Shown piece after piece: positions 7,476-16,867 of a stretch of DNA of 29,425 nucleotides (its first letter is position 1; the number at the start of each line of letters is the position of its first letter). The notes beneath the pieces were generated by a model, which saw only the letters and a list, made by a program, of their open reading frames with translations, ran no database searches and was not told the DNA's origin. Source of the stretch: a candidate division WOR-3 bacterium (GTDB taxonomy: Bacteria > Hydrothermota > Hydrothermia > Hydrothermales > Hydrothermaceae); assembly GCA_039803745.1 (NCBI GenBank), contig JBDRZD010000018.1, positions 1 through 29,425 on the forward strand. Reading direction: 5' to 3'. A program made the position numbers and the translations under genes.

Positions 7476-9332
7476 ATGAAAAAATTAAAAATTTTTATCC
7501 TATGTTTTATTTTTTATCTTCATCTTCATGCTGAAAACTATTTTGTTGGGGTTTATTATTATCCTTGGTATGATTATAATAGGCACTGGCAAGACGGATA
7601 TTTAAGAAAAAAACTTGTAATTTACCAACCTCCTTATTTAGGTGAATATTCTTCAAGAGATTTTAATGTGATTCAAAATCATATAAATTGGTCATTAAAT
7701 AATGGTATTGATTTCTGGGTTATATCATGGTGGGGTCCGGGAAGCTGGGAAGATTATACAATATTAAATTATATTTCTCCTGCATTTGTGGGAAGCAATT
7801 TAAAGTATGCAATCTTTTATGAGTCTACGATATTAAGTCAACCACCAATCAATTTTGATAACCCGGCTATTTTTAACAAATTTATTTCAGATTTCTTGTA
7901 TATTGCTCAGAACTATTTCAACAAACCAAATTATTTATATTACAATGGAAGACCTGTTGTCTTCATTTATTTAACAAGAACATTCACCGGAAACTATTCA
8001 GGAGCAATAGATTCTGTAAGAAATCTTTTACAAAATATGGGTTATAATGTATTCTTAGTAGGAGACGAGGTATACTGGGGAACTCCTAATTCTGCAAGGA
8101 TTTCCTGTTTAGATGCTATAACAAGTTATAACATGCATGGTCCAAGTCAATACGCAGGGTATCCCTCAAATACAAATTTTCTTAAAAATGTCAGTGCAAA
8201 ATTTAAAGAATATAAAGAGGTAGCAAATTCCTTAGGTGTAAAATTTGTTCCAAATGCAATGCCTGGATTTAATGATAGGGCTGTAAGATTATGGGCAAAC
8301 CATTATGTAATTCCTGATCAATATAAACAGAATTGGGACCATACAACTACATTCAGGCGTTCTCTTATAACAGCAAGAATACATTTAGATGAAGGTATAA
8401 ATAGATGGATAATGATCACTTCCTGGAATGAATGGCATGAAGATACACAGATTGAACCAACAATTCTTACTGATACTTGTTCCAAGGATACAAGTCCTTC
8501 AGGATATGCTTATACACAGGGCTATACTTATAAGGGTTATGAATTTGATTTATTAAATACTTTAAATTATATTGTTGGTGAAAATGAAAGCATATTATTT
8601 TATACGAGTTTTGAAAATGGTGAACCTTTGCCATTTGCTGATTCAATTATTGCAAAAGAATGGGTTGATGGATACGGAAATGCTCCAAATCCAGAAGCAG
8701 GTGTGGTTGCGCAGGAGTTTGGGGTTCCTGTTTTTTATGGAAATCGCTATTTAAGAGTTGCAGGAGAGGATATAAGTTCCACACAGAATTCATACTGCAA
8801 ATATTTGCTTTTTGATATCCCCAATATAACTATTGATGAAGGCACATTTTTAACCTATTTTATCTATCTTTATCAGAAAATCCATCTAATGCTTGGAATA
8901 ATAACATCTGATGGAATAGAGCTCCAGAATTCAGAATGTATTGATCAAAATGAAGTTAAAATGCATCCAGAACAAAGAACAGAACCTACAGGAAATTGGT
9001 GGTATATTGAAGTTGACCTTTATCCCCTTTTGGGTAAAGAAATTGATAAAATTTATTTTGTCTATGATGATAATCCAAATTCAGAAATCGGAAACTACAG
9101 ATGTTATGTAGACAATGTAACTATTTTAACTAAAAAGACAAACTATGTGAATATTAAGGAGAAAAAGAAATTAAAATTTAGAAGTTATATAATTCATAAG
9201 AATATATTTAAAGATATAAAAGGATGTATTCTATATGATTTAACAGGCAGGTTAGAGGAGAAGGTTTATAAAAAGGGCATTTATTTTATGAAAGATAAAA
9301 AAGAGATAAAGAAAATTATTTTTTTAGAATAA
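7476..9332 (+). CDS. Secreted GH99-like (GH71/99 superfamily) glycoside hydrolase with an accessory domain and T9SS-like C-terminal motif
   Basis: Signal peptide MKKLKIFILCFIFYLHLHA. Motifs VGVYYYPWY, GIDFWVISWWG, PGFND and ITSWNEWHEDTQIEP (ExxE catalytic pair as in GH99). C-terminal LYDLTGR...KKGIYF. Confidence 0.85.
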   Translation: MKKLKIFILCFIFYLHLHAENYFVGVYYYPWYDYNRHWQDGYLRKKLVIYQPPYLGEYSSRDFNVIQNHINWSLNNGIDFWVISWWGPGSWEDYTILNYISPAFVGSNLKYAIFYESTILSQPPINFDNPAIFNKFISDFLYIAQNYFNKPNYLYYNGRPVVFIYLTRTFTGNYSGAIDSVRNLLQNMGYNVFLVGDEVYWGTPNSARISCLDAITSYNMHGPSQYAGYPSNTNFLKNVSAKFKEYKEVANSLGVKFVPNAMPGFNDRAVRLWANHYVIPDQYKQNWDHTTTFRRSLITARIHLDEGINRWIMITSWNEWHEDTQIEPTILTDTCSKDTSPSGYAYTQGYTYKGYEFDLLNTLNYIVGENESILFYTSFENGEPLPFADSIIAKEWVDGYGNAPNPEAGVVAQEFGVPVFYGNRYLRVAGEDISSTQNSYCKYLLFDIPNITIDEGTFLTYFIYLYQKIHLMLGIITSDGIELQNSECIDQNEVKMHPEQRTEPTGNWWYIEVDLYPLLGKEIDKIYFVYDDNPNSEIGNYRCYVDNVTILTKKTNYVNIKEKKKLKFRSYIIHKNIFKDIKGCILYDLTGRLEEKVYKKGIYFMKDKKEIKKIIFLE

Positions 9333-9378
9333 TTCAAACAAAAAATTTGCTTCCTTTATAATTAAAATATAACTAAAA

Positions 9379-10575
9379 ATGAAAGAAAAAATATTTAAGT
9401 ATACACTTTATCCTCTTTTTTTTATATATTTCCTTTCCATTCCTATCTCTTATAGTGTGGCAAATTTAGTCATAACACTGCTTTTAATTTCTTTTATTAT
9501 TTATCTCATCATTTTTAAAAAAATATTTAAATCAAAACTTTATTTTCCAATTTTTTTATTTTTTTTAATATTTTTAATTTCTTCTTTTTCTGGATATGAT
9601 AAAAAAGTTTCTTTAAGGGAAATAACTATTTTTAAAGGATTTTTAGGAATGATAATAGCAATGAATACATTCCCAAAGGATAAGAAATTTTTTGGAATAT
9701 GTTTATTATTTTTTCTTATAACTGTTTTCATAAACATTTCTCTTTCAATATTTGAAAAGTTTAAGCATGGCAAACTTTACAGGGTTGAAGCACTCTGGGG
9801 TTATTATCAGTTTTATTCAAATTTTTTAATAATAGCCTTTTTCACTCAAATTTTTTATATAACTTATACAAAAAATAAAATTTTTAAATTGTTTACCCTT
9901 TTACTTTTAATCCTTACCTTTTTCTCTTTGATTTTAACAGGTTCAAGAGCACAGATTTTTTCCGTTATAATTTCTTTTCTAATCTTCATGATAATTTTCC
10001 ATAAGGAGAGAATTTTTATTCTTTTTACAATTTTAATCTTTATTATCACGATTATTTCATTTTTTAAAATACCTGTTTTTTATGAAAGAGTAAAGCCACT
10101 CTTTTTTAAGGGGAAAGGGATAGGAGTTTATATAAAAGATATAGAGGAAATTAAAGAGAGAATAAAACACTGGGAAATGGGAATAGAAATTTTAAAAACA
10201 GATTATAAATTTTTTGGCATCGGACTTGGAAATTCAAAAAGGTTTATAACCGAAAGGTTAAATATGTATATGAACCTTCCAAATTTACACAATTCTTTCA
10301 TTGAAATTTTAGTAAGTTTTGGTATTTTTGGACTTTTAATATATCTCTATCTTTTGTTTATCTACTTTTTTGAAATATATAAAAGTATATTATATTTTAA
10401 AAATACAGATTTTTATATTTTAGGGATAAATCTTTTTATTATTTCTTTAATAATCCTTGTGATTGTTGGCTTTTTAAATGATACATTCTGGAATAAAAGA
10501 CTGATGATGCTCTTATTTTATATAGCAGGTATTCTTTTTGCCTTTAAAAGAAATGAAAATACTCTTTCTATCTGA
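9379..10575 (+). CDS. O-antigen ligase / Wzy_C family membrane protein
   Basis: Polytopic membrane protein with LTGSRA, ERIKHW, GIGLGN and NLHNSFIEILVSFGIFG motifs. Lies next to glycosyltransferases. Confidence 0.85.
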   Translation: MKEKIFKYTLYPLFFIYFLSIPISYSVANLVITLLLISFIIYLIIFKKIFKSKLYFPIFLFFLIFLISSFSGYDKKVSLREITIFKGFLGMIIAMNTFPKDKKFFGICLLFFLITVFINISLSIFEKFKHGKLYRVEALWGYYQFYSNFLIIAFFTQIFYITYTKNKIFKLFTLLLLILTFFSLILTGSRAQIFSVIISFLIFMIIFHKERIFILFTILIFIITIISFFKIPVFYERVKPLFFKGKGIGVYIKDIEEIKERIKHWEMGIEILKTDYKFFGIGLGNSKRFITERLNMYMNLPNLHNSFIEILVSFGIFGLLIYLYLLFIYFFEIYKSILYFKNTDFYILGINLFIISLIILVIVGFLNDTFWNKRLMMLLFYIAGILFAFKRNENTLSI

Positions 10576-11524
10576 TTTGAGAAAGAAAAGAAATACAGGA
10601 TTTGAAATAATAAAAGGTTTAAGAAAAATGGGTTTTGAAGTCTATTCTGTAAATATAAAGGGGTTCTTACCGAATTTGAAATTAAAAAAAGTTTTAAAAT
10701 ATAAAAAACCTGAGATTCTTTTTACATTTAAAGGAATTGGTAAAATTGAATTTAAAAAAATAAAATATGAATTTAAAAAGAAAATTTTATGGTATCCTGA
10801 CACTGATGTTTTCTTAAATGGAGAATTTAATGAAGATTTAAGAGAAATATTTGATTACCATGATTATATTTTTATAATAGTTAAATCAAGAATAAATGAA
10901 TTGAAAAAAATAATCAATAAAGAAAATATTTATCATATGGTTCAAGGGGCAAGATTTTTTGAATATGAAATCAAAAATATTGAAGAGGAATTTAAAAGTG
11001 ATATTTCCTTTATTGGCTCTTTAAATGGAAATTATTATTCAATAAGAAGGGAAATAATTTCAAAAATATGCAGAAATTTTGGAGATAAATATAAAATAAA
11101 ATTATTTGGACAAAAAATTAAAAAAAGTGAAAGTTATTATGATATTTTAAAAAAGTTTCATACAAATAAAAAAGTTTTCTTTGAAGATTTTAAAAAGGTT
11201 TGCCTTGGCTCTAAAATTATCCTTGATATAGCAAGTGATAAAGGATTGAAAGAGGAAGGAGCCTTAAGCCAGAAAATTTTTATGATAACAGGATGTGGAG
11301 GATTTTTATTAATTCATTACTTTAAGGGAATTGAGGAGTTTTTTGAAATAGGAAAAGAAATAGAAGTTTTTAAGGATGAAGAAGAAGCCTTTGAGAAGAT
11401 AGAATATTATATTAAAAATGAAGATAAAAGAAAGGAGATTGCTCAAAAGGGTAAAGAAAGAACTTTAAAAGAACATCTTTATAAAAACAGATTAGAAAAA
11501 ATTTTTGAAATATGCAAAATATAA
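10553..11524 (+). CDS. Glycosyltransferase (GT-B, CgeB/Glyco_trans_1_2-like)
   Basis: DISFIGS and KIFMITGCGGFLL...FEIGKEI...IEYYIKNEDKRKEIAQKG...EHLYKNR. ATG 10553 (MKILFLSD) is preferred over TTG 10538. Confidence 0.85.
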   Translation: MKILFLSDLRKKRNTGFEIIKGLRKMGFEVYSVNIKGFLPNLKLKKVLKYKKPEILFTFKGIGKIEFKKIKYEFKKKILWYPDTDVFLNGEFNEDLREIFDYHDYIFIIVKSRINELKKIINKENIYHMVQGARFFEYEIKNIEEEFKSDISFIGSLNGNYYSIRREIISKICRNFGDKYKIKLFGQKIKKSESYYDILKKFHTNKKVFFEDFKKVCLGSKIILDIASDKGLKEEGALSQKIFMITGCGGFLLIHYFKGIEEFFEIGKEIEVFKDEEEAFEKIEYYIKNEDKRKEIAQKGKERTLKEHLYKNRLEKIFEICKI

Positions 11525-12639
11525 AACATTTTTTTATATTTAAAGATTTTCCCCCACAAAAAGGGGGGATGAGCACTTATTATTACAATCTTGTCAAGAA
11601 TATAAATGGAGAAAAATTTGTTTTTTTGCCAAAGGATGAAAAGGAACCGCCTTTTATAGAAAATTTAAAATACATAATTGCACCTTTTAAAAAGGGAAAT
11701 GAAAAAAATATTTTCTTTACATTTTTGTGGTTTTTTCAGATTTTTTTTAAATTAATCTTTGAAAAACCTGATTTTCTTCATATAGGAAAAATAAGACCAA
11801 TTGTTTATTTTTTCTTAATTTTTAAAATTTTTAAGATTAAAATAATACTTTATTTTCATGGTCTTGATTATTATGAAATGAAGAATAAATCTTTATTAAA
11901 AAGAAAATTTGTAAACTATGCAATTAAAAAAGCAGACCTTACAGTATGTGCGAATAAGTATGTATTAAAAATTATTAAAGAAAATGTAAGACCTAAAAGA
12001 GAATATATTCTTTACCCGGGTGTTGATCTTTCTTATTTAAACAAAATAAATGAAAAATTCAAAGAAGAAAAGAAAGATAAATTTATACTTCTTACAGTTG
12101 CAAACCTTGTTAAAAGAAAGGGAATAGATACTGTTTTGAGGGCTTTAAATATTTTAAAGGATGAATTTGATTTCAAATATTATATCATAGGGAAAGGACC
12201 TGAAGAAAAAAATTTAAAAGATTTGACAAAAAAACTTGATCTTCAAGACAGGGTTTTTTTTCTTGGTGAACTTGATGAGGAAAAATTTAAATATTATAAA
12301 ATTTGTGATGTATTTTTGATGCCTTCAAGGGTTATAGAAAAGGAAGGTTCTTTTGAAGGTTTTGGAATAGTTTTCCTTGAGGCATCCTTTTTTAAAAAAT
12401 TTTTAATAGGGGCAAAAACAGGGGGAATCCCTGAGGCTATAATAAATGGAGAGACAGGAATTTTACTTGATGATCCTGAAGATTATATTAAACTTTCTGA
12501 AATAATAAAGGATTATTTTAAAAATCCTTATAAATATGAAAAAATTAAAGAGAATGCTTATAAAAGAGTATTAAAAGAGTTTGATATAAAAAAACTTATA
12601 AGGGATTATGAAAAAAAATTATTTGAAATTTTAAAATGA
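11512..12639 (+). CDS. Glycosyltransferase family 4
   Basis: DFPPQKGGM, LVKRKG, EGFGIVFLEA (ExF..E motif) and GGIPEAI..GETG. Confidence 0.92.
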   Translation: MQNIKHFFIFKDFPPQKGGMSTYYYNLVKNINGEKFVFLPKDEKEPPFIENLKYIIAPFKKGNEKNIFFTFLWFFQIFFKLIFEKPDFLHIGKIRPIVYFFLIFKIFKIKIILYFHGLDYYEMKNKSLLKRKFVNYAIKKADLTVCANKYVLKIIKENVRPKREYILYPGVDLSYLNKINEKFKEEKKDKFILLTVANLVKRKGIDTVLRALNILKDEFDFKYYIIGKGPEEKNLKDLTKKLDLQDRVFFLGELDEEKFKYYKICDVFLMPSRVIEKEGSFEGFGIVFLEASFFKKFLIGAKTGGIPEAIINGETGILLDDPEDYIKLSEIIKDYFKNPYKYEKIKENAYKRVLKEFDIKKLIRDYEKKLFEILK

Positions 12640-13655
12640 AGGTGATTCACCTTGATGGTGAAAAGTATTTTGGAGGAGGACAAAATCAAGTTTACCTTTT
12701 AAATAAATATCTTTTAAAAAAAGGAGTAAAAAGTATTGTTTCATGTCCTCGAGGTTCTTTTCTTTTTGAAAAATTAAAAAAAGAGAATTATAAAGTAATT
12801 CCTTTAAGTATAAAAGAGATTTTAAGGGAAATAGAAGAAAAAGAAGTTATTCTACATGTTCATTCAGGAAAGGTGCTTTTAATTTCCCATATTTTAAAAA
12901 TTTTGAAACCAAAGGTAAAAGTTGTTTTCACAAGAAGGATAACAAAAAAAATTAAATTTTTCTTTATTAGAAAATTTTTAATTGATGCAATTATATGTAT
13001 ATCAGAAGAGATTAAGAAAAATTTTGAAAATTTTAAAAAGGAAAAAATTTTTGTTATTTATAGTGGTGTTGAAATGGAAGAAAAGGAAATTTTAAAACCT
13101 CCCTGGTATGATGAAAAAAAATTTATTGTTGGAAATATCGCTCATTTACTGCCTTATAAAGATCATATAACACTTATAAATGGCTTTTTTGAATTTTTAA
13201 ATTATTTCCCTGATTCGTATCTTATTATAATAGGTGAGGGAAAAGAAAAGAAGAAAATTTTAAAAAGGATCAAAGAGTTAAAAATAGATAATAAAGTTTT
13301 TTTAACGGGCTTTTTAAAGGATGCAAAGGAATATATAAAATATTTTTCTGTATTTGTTATAACATCAAAAGAAGATGAAGGACTTTGCTCATCAATAATA
13401 GATGCTTTTATAAGAAAAGTTCCTGTTATAGCAACAGATACAGGCGGAATAAAAGAGCTTGTCAAGAATATGGAAACAGGAATTTTGATAGAGAAAAAAA
13501 ATCCATCTGCTTTGAAAAATGCACTTATAAAAATAAAAGAAGATAAAAAATTAAGAGAAAAAATAATAAATAATGCTTACGAGTTTTCAAAAAATTTTAG
13601 TGCTTTAAAAATGGCTGAAGAAAATTTAAAGGTTTACGAAAATCTGTTAAAGTGA
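12636..13655 (+). CDS. Glycosyltransferase family 4 (LPS core type)
   Basis: FGGGQNQ, HVHS, EGLCSSIIDA and TDTGGIKELV..METG. ATGA overlap with the previous gene. Confidence 0.9.
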   Translation: MKVIHLDGEKYFGGGQNQVYLLNKYLLKKGVKSIVSCPRGSFLFEKLKKENYKVIPLSIKEILREIEEKEVILHVHSGKVLLISHILKILKPKVKVVFTRRITKKIKFFFIRKFLIDAIICISEEIKKNFENFKKEKIFVIYSGVEMEEKEILKPPWYDEKKFIVGNIAHLLPYKDHITLINGFFEFLNYFPDSYLIIIGEGKEKKKILKRIKELKIDNKVFLTGFLKDAKEYIKYFSVFVITSKEDEGLCSSIIDAFIRKVPVIATDTGGIKELVKNMETGILIEKKNPSALKNALIKIKEDKKLREKIINNAYEFSKNFSALKMAEENLKVYENLLK

Positions 13656-14705
13656 GTTTTCTATTATTATTTTTTCTGGTGCACAAGCCCTTTTCTCTTT
13701 AAAAAGGTTGATAAGTTCATTTTTTATCCTTATAAATTTCTCCTTTTCTTCTATTATTTTTTTAAAATCTTCTACAGCCTTATCAATATTTATATTCTGA
13801 ATATATTCCTTTATCTCTTCATTTTTTAAAAGAATATTTGGAATACCTGCATATTTCACCTTCACAAAAAGTTTTGCAAGAAAATAGGTAATATTTGAAA
13901 CTTTATAAAATATCAAAAATGGAATACCTATCAAGGCTGCTTCAAGGGTTGCTGTTCCTGATGCTATAAAAGCACCTTCTGATATCTTTAAAATATCCCT
14001 TGCGTCTCCTTTATGAACTTCAAATTTTTCTTTATTAAATTTAAAATCCTTTAAAAGAGAAATTTTAAATGAATGGGAAGGATAAATTTTTTTTAATTTA
14101 TCTGCAATCTTTTCATAAACTGGTAAAAGGACTTTTATCTCACTTTTTCTTGAGCCCGGTAAAAAAGAAAATATTTTTTTTGGCAAATATTCTATTCTTT
14201 CATTCTCTTCAATTAAAGGATTCCCGACATAAAAGGCATTCACTCCATTTTTTCTTAAAATTTCTTCTTCAAAGGGGAAAATACATAAGGAAAAATCAAC
14301 ATATTTATACAAATATTTCCATCTCCAATTACCCCATGCCCATATCTGAGGAATTACATAATAAAATACCCTTTTACCTTTTTCTTTTAAAATTTTAGCC
14401 ATATGTAAATTAAAGCCGGGAAAATCAACAAGTATTATATTCTTTATATTTTCTCTTTCTATAAATTTTAAAATCTCCTTTCTTAAATTATAATAATAAG
14501 AAAATTTATCAAAAATCTCAACAAATCCAACTTCACCATGATGTGTTATATTCTTTATAAGATAAGCACCTTCTTTTTCCGAATGCTTTCCTGCAAAAGC
14601 ATATATTTTTATATCTTTATCAATTTTCTTTAATTTATTTATAAGTCTTGATGCATTTTTGTCACCTGATTCTTCACCTGCAATTATTAGAAATTTTTTT
14701 TCCAT
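13647..14705 (-). CDS. lpxB: Lipid-A-disaccharide synthase
   Basis: IAGEESGD, VDFPGFN, PQIWAWG, IFPFE, VGNPL, LPGSRKSEI and ASGTATLEAAL. Confidence 0.96.
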   Translation of the reverse strand: MEKKFLIIAGEESGDKNASRLINKLKKIDKDIKIYAFAGKHSEKEGAYLIKNITHHGEVGFVEIFDKFSYYYNLRKEILKFIERENIKNIILVDFPGFNLHMAKILKEKGKRVFYYVIPQIWAWGNWRWKYLYKYVDFSLCIFPFEEEILRKNGVNAFYVGNPLIEENERIEYLPKKIFSFLPGSRKSEIKVLLPVYEKIADKLKKIYPSHSFKISLLKDFKFNKEKFEVHKGDARDILKISEGAFIASGTATLEAALIGIPFLIFYKVSNITYFLAKLFVKVKYAGIPNILLKNEEIKEYIQNINIDKAVEDFKKIIEEKEKFIRIKNELINLFKEKRACAPEKIIIENSL

Positions 14706-15259
14706 AAAATTAAAAAAATTAAAAGATAAAATATAAAAATTGAGATTAAAGTGTCCCTTTCTATTCTCATAACCTTTGAAAAATTATTTAGAGGTTTAGC
14801 AGGTTTAAATTTGAAAGGGTTTGGAAAAATTCTTGGAACATTTTTTTTATATAAAATATATTCCTCACCAAATTTTTTTTCAAGGAATCTTTCTTCGGCA
14901 AGAATGATTAAAAAATAAATTGTAAAAAATATTAGAAAAGATAAGAGGGAAATGAAGAAATTTAGATTCATTGCAATTAGCATTCCGAGAAGATTAAAAA
15001 GATTACCAAAATAAAGGGGATTTCTTGTCACACTATATGGTCCATCTTTTAAAAGAAAAGGAGCATTTAAATTTCTACTTCTTGTAAAACCACCCGAATA
15101 TATGAGAGAGTAAATCCTTATTGTCTCACCTAAAATAAAAAAAGGAATGGAAACAATTACTCTAAATAAATTTGGTTTTGAAAAAAATAAAAGTAAAAAT
15201 ATTATTAAAAAAATAATTATGCCCCTTTTTTTGAAAAGAAAATTACCTATTTTATACAA
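14687..15259 (-). CDS. Isoprenylcysteine carboxyl methyltransferase (ICMT/PEMT)-family membrane methyltransferase, possibly an LmtA-like lipid A methyltransferase
   Basis: GPYSVTRNPLYFGN and EERFLEKKFGEEYILYKKNVPR family motifs. TTG start overlaps the upstream stop, and its 3' end overlaps the lpxB start. Confidence 0.8.
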   Translation of the reverse strand: MYKIGNFLFKKRGIIIFLIIFLLLFFSKPNLFRVIVSIPFFILGETIRIYSLIYSGGFTRSRNLNAPFLLKDGPYSVTRNPLYFGNLFNLLGMLIAMNLNFFISLLSFLIFFTIYFLIILAEERFLEKKFGEEYILYKKNVPRIFPNPFKFKPAKPLNNFSKVMRIERDTLISIFIFYLLIFLILWKKNF

Positions 15260-16190
15260 GATTTGCCTTTTTTAAGTTCCTGTAAATCTGTCTTTTAATT
15301 TTAAGAGCAAAATCAAGTGCCCTTATCGCATCATCTGCACTAACAGGTGGTTTTTCATTCCTTTTTATTGCACGAATAAAAAGTGACAATTCTTCAAGAA
15401 GCGGATTTGTTTTTTTAATCTCTATCGGGTAAGGAAGAATCTGATTATTTTTCTTTATATAAACTTCTGCATTCCCCTGAGCGTAATCTACTGAAATATA
15501 CATATCCTTTTGAAAAAATCTTATTTTTCTATATTTTTCTCTTGAAACTCTTGATGCTGAAAAATTTACAACCCCCCCATTTTCAAATTTTATTCTTGCA
15601 TTTGCAATATCTATTTTGTCTGTTAAAACAGGAACCCCAACTGCATCAATTATCTTCCATTTCATATTTGTAAGCCATAAAACTATATCTATATCATGTA
15701 TCATAAGATCCAATATTACATCAACATCAGTTCCCCTTTCTGTATAAAAGGAAAGTCTTTCGGATTCGATAAAAAGAGGCTCTTTTAAGAGATTTTTTAT
15801 AGCCTTTATTGCTGGATTGAATCTTTCAATATGGCCAATTTGAAAAACAAGCCCTTTTTTTTCAGCAATATTCTTCAAAATTTTTGCTTCTCTAATTTCT
15901 GTTGCGATTGGTTTTTCAAGAAAAAGATGTTTACAATTTGAAAGTATTTTTTTCCCCACTTCAAAATGGGAAAGTGTTGGAACACAGCATGTTAATGCAT
16001 CTACTTCTTTTAATAATTCATCCAGCGTATTAAAAGATTTGCAACCGTATTCTTCGGCTATCTTTTTACTTTTTTCAATATCTATATCATAAATCCCCAC
16101 AAGTTCTGCATCTTTAATTTCTTTTAAAAGTTTTACATGAATTTGGCCTAAATGACCTACCCCCACAACCCCTATCTTAATTTTTTTCAT
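15252..16190 (-). CDS. Gfo/Idh/MocA oxidoreductase, GnnA-like (UDP-GlcNAc 3-dehydrogenase)
   Basis: GVGHLG Rossmann motif, EKP, GHIERFNPA, DVILDLMIHDID and DIANARIKF..SASRVS. Lies in the lpxB neighbourhood. Confidence 0.8.
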   Translation of the reverse strand: MKKIKIGVVGVGHLGQIHVKLLKEIKDAELVGIYDIDIEKSKKIAEEYGCKSFNTLDELLKEVDALTCCVPTLSHFEVGKKILSNCKHLFLEKPIATEIREAKILKNIAEKKGLVFQIGHIERFNPAIKAIKNLLKEPLFIESERLSFYTERGTDVDVILDLMIHDIDIVLWLTNMKWKIIDAVGVPVLTDKIDIANARIKFENGGVVNFSASRVSREKYRKIRFFQKDMYISVDYAQGNAEVYIKKNNQILPYPIEIKKTNPLLEELSLFIRAIKRNEKPPVSADDAIRALDFALKIKRQIYRNLKKANLV

Positions 16191-16867
16191 AAATTCCCCC
16201 TGTATCCTATCTCAATTACTCTATTAATATAATCTTTATTTAAAATATTTCTAAGAGCACATCTTAAAAAGAAAGTTTCTTCAAAAGAGATTTCAAAACC
16301 AATATTTAACAAACCATTTTTATTATAATTATCATTAAAACCAAAAGTGAAATCAGAAAATATCCCAAATTCAGGAGAAAAAAGAAGATCTACAGAAGAA
16401 AAAATATCAAAACCATTTCTTTCATCTTTTCTTTCAAAAGTATAGTTTAATCCCCCATTTAAGATAATCCCGCCCATTCCTATATAGGATTTTGAAAGAG
16501 CCAAATAAATTCCTTTTGATTTTACTTCATATCTTTCCATTTCTTTTAAATATCTGTCATATCCGCAGGTTGATAAACCAATTGAAAAAGCAGGAAAATC
16601 ACTTTCATAGATTGCTAAATATCTCAAAATTACTCCTGGAAGTGGATAAAATTCGATATCCCTTTCACCTATTAAATTCATACCACCATAAGAAATACCA
16701 ATTGAAAGATATTCTGTAATACCTGTTTCCATTCTTAAAATAAGACCACCTTCCTTCTGGACCCTTAAATTTATTTCGTAGTTTCCTCTTTTAGGGAGAT
16801 AGGCTGTTGGTACATCCCCTATAAATAAGGAATTTTTCAAAAAAGAGAGCAAAATAAATATCTTCAT
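16187..16867 (-). CDS. Hypothetical exported protein, probable outer-membrane beta-barrel (YjbH-like)
   Basis: Short signal-like N-terminus, DVPTAYL motif, and alternating aromatic/Gly beta-strand pattern. Coupled to dnaE by ATGA overlap. Confidence 0.6.
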   Translation of the reverse strand: MKIFILLSFLKNSLFIGDVPTAYLPKRGNYEINLRVQKEGGLILRMETGITEYLSIGISYGGMNLIGERDIEFYPLPGVILRYLAIYESDFPAFSIGLSTCGYDRYLKEMERYEVKSKGIYLALSKSYIGMGGIILNGGLNYTFERKDERNGFDIFSSVDLLFSPEFGIFSDFTFGFNDNYNKNGLLNIGFEISFEETFFLRCALRNILNKDYINRVIEIGYRGNL

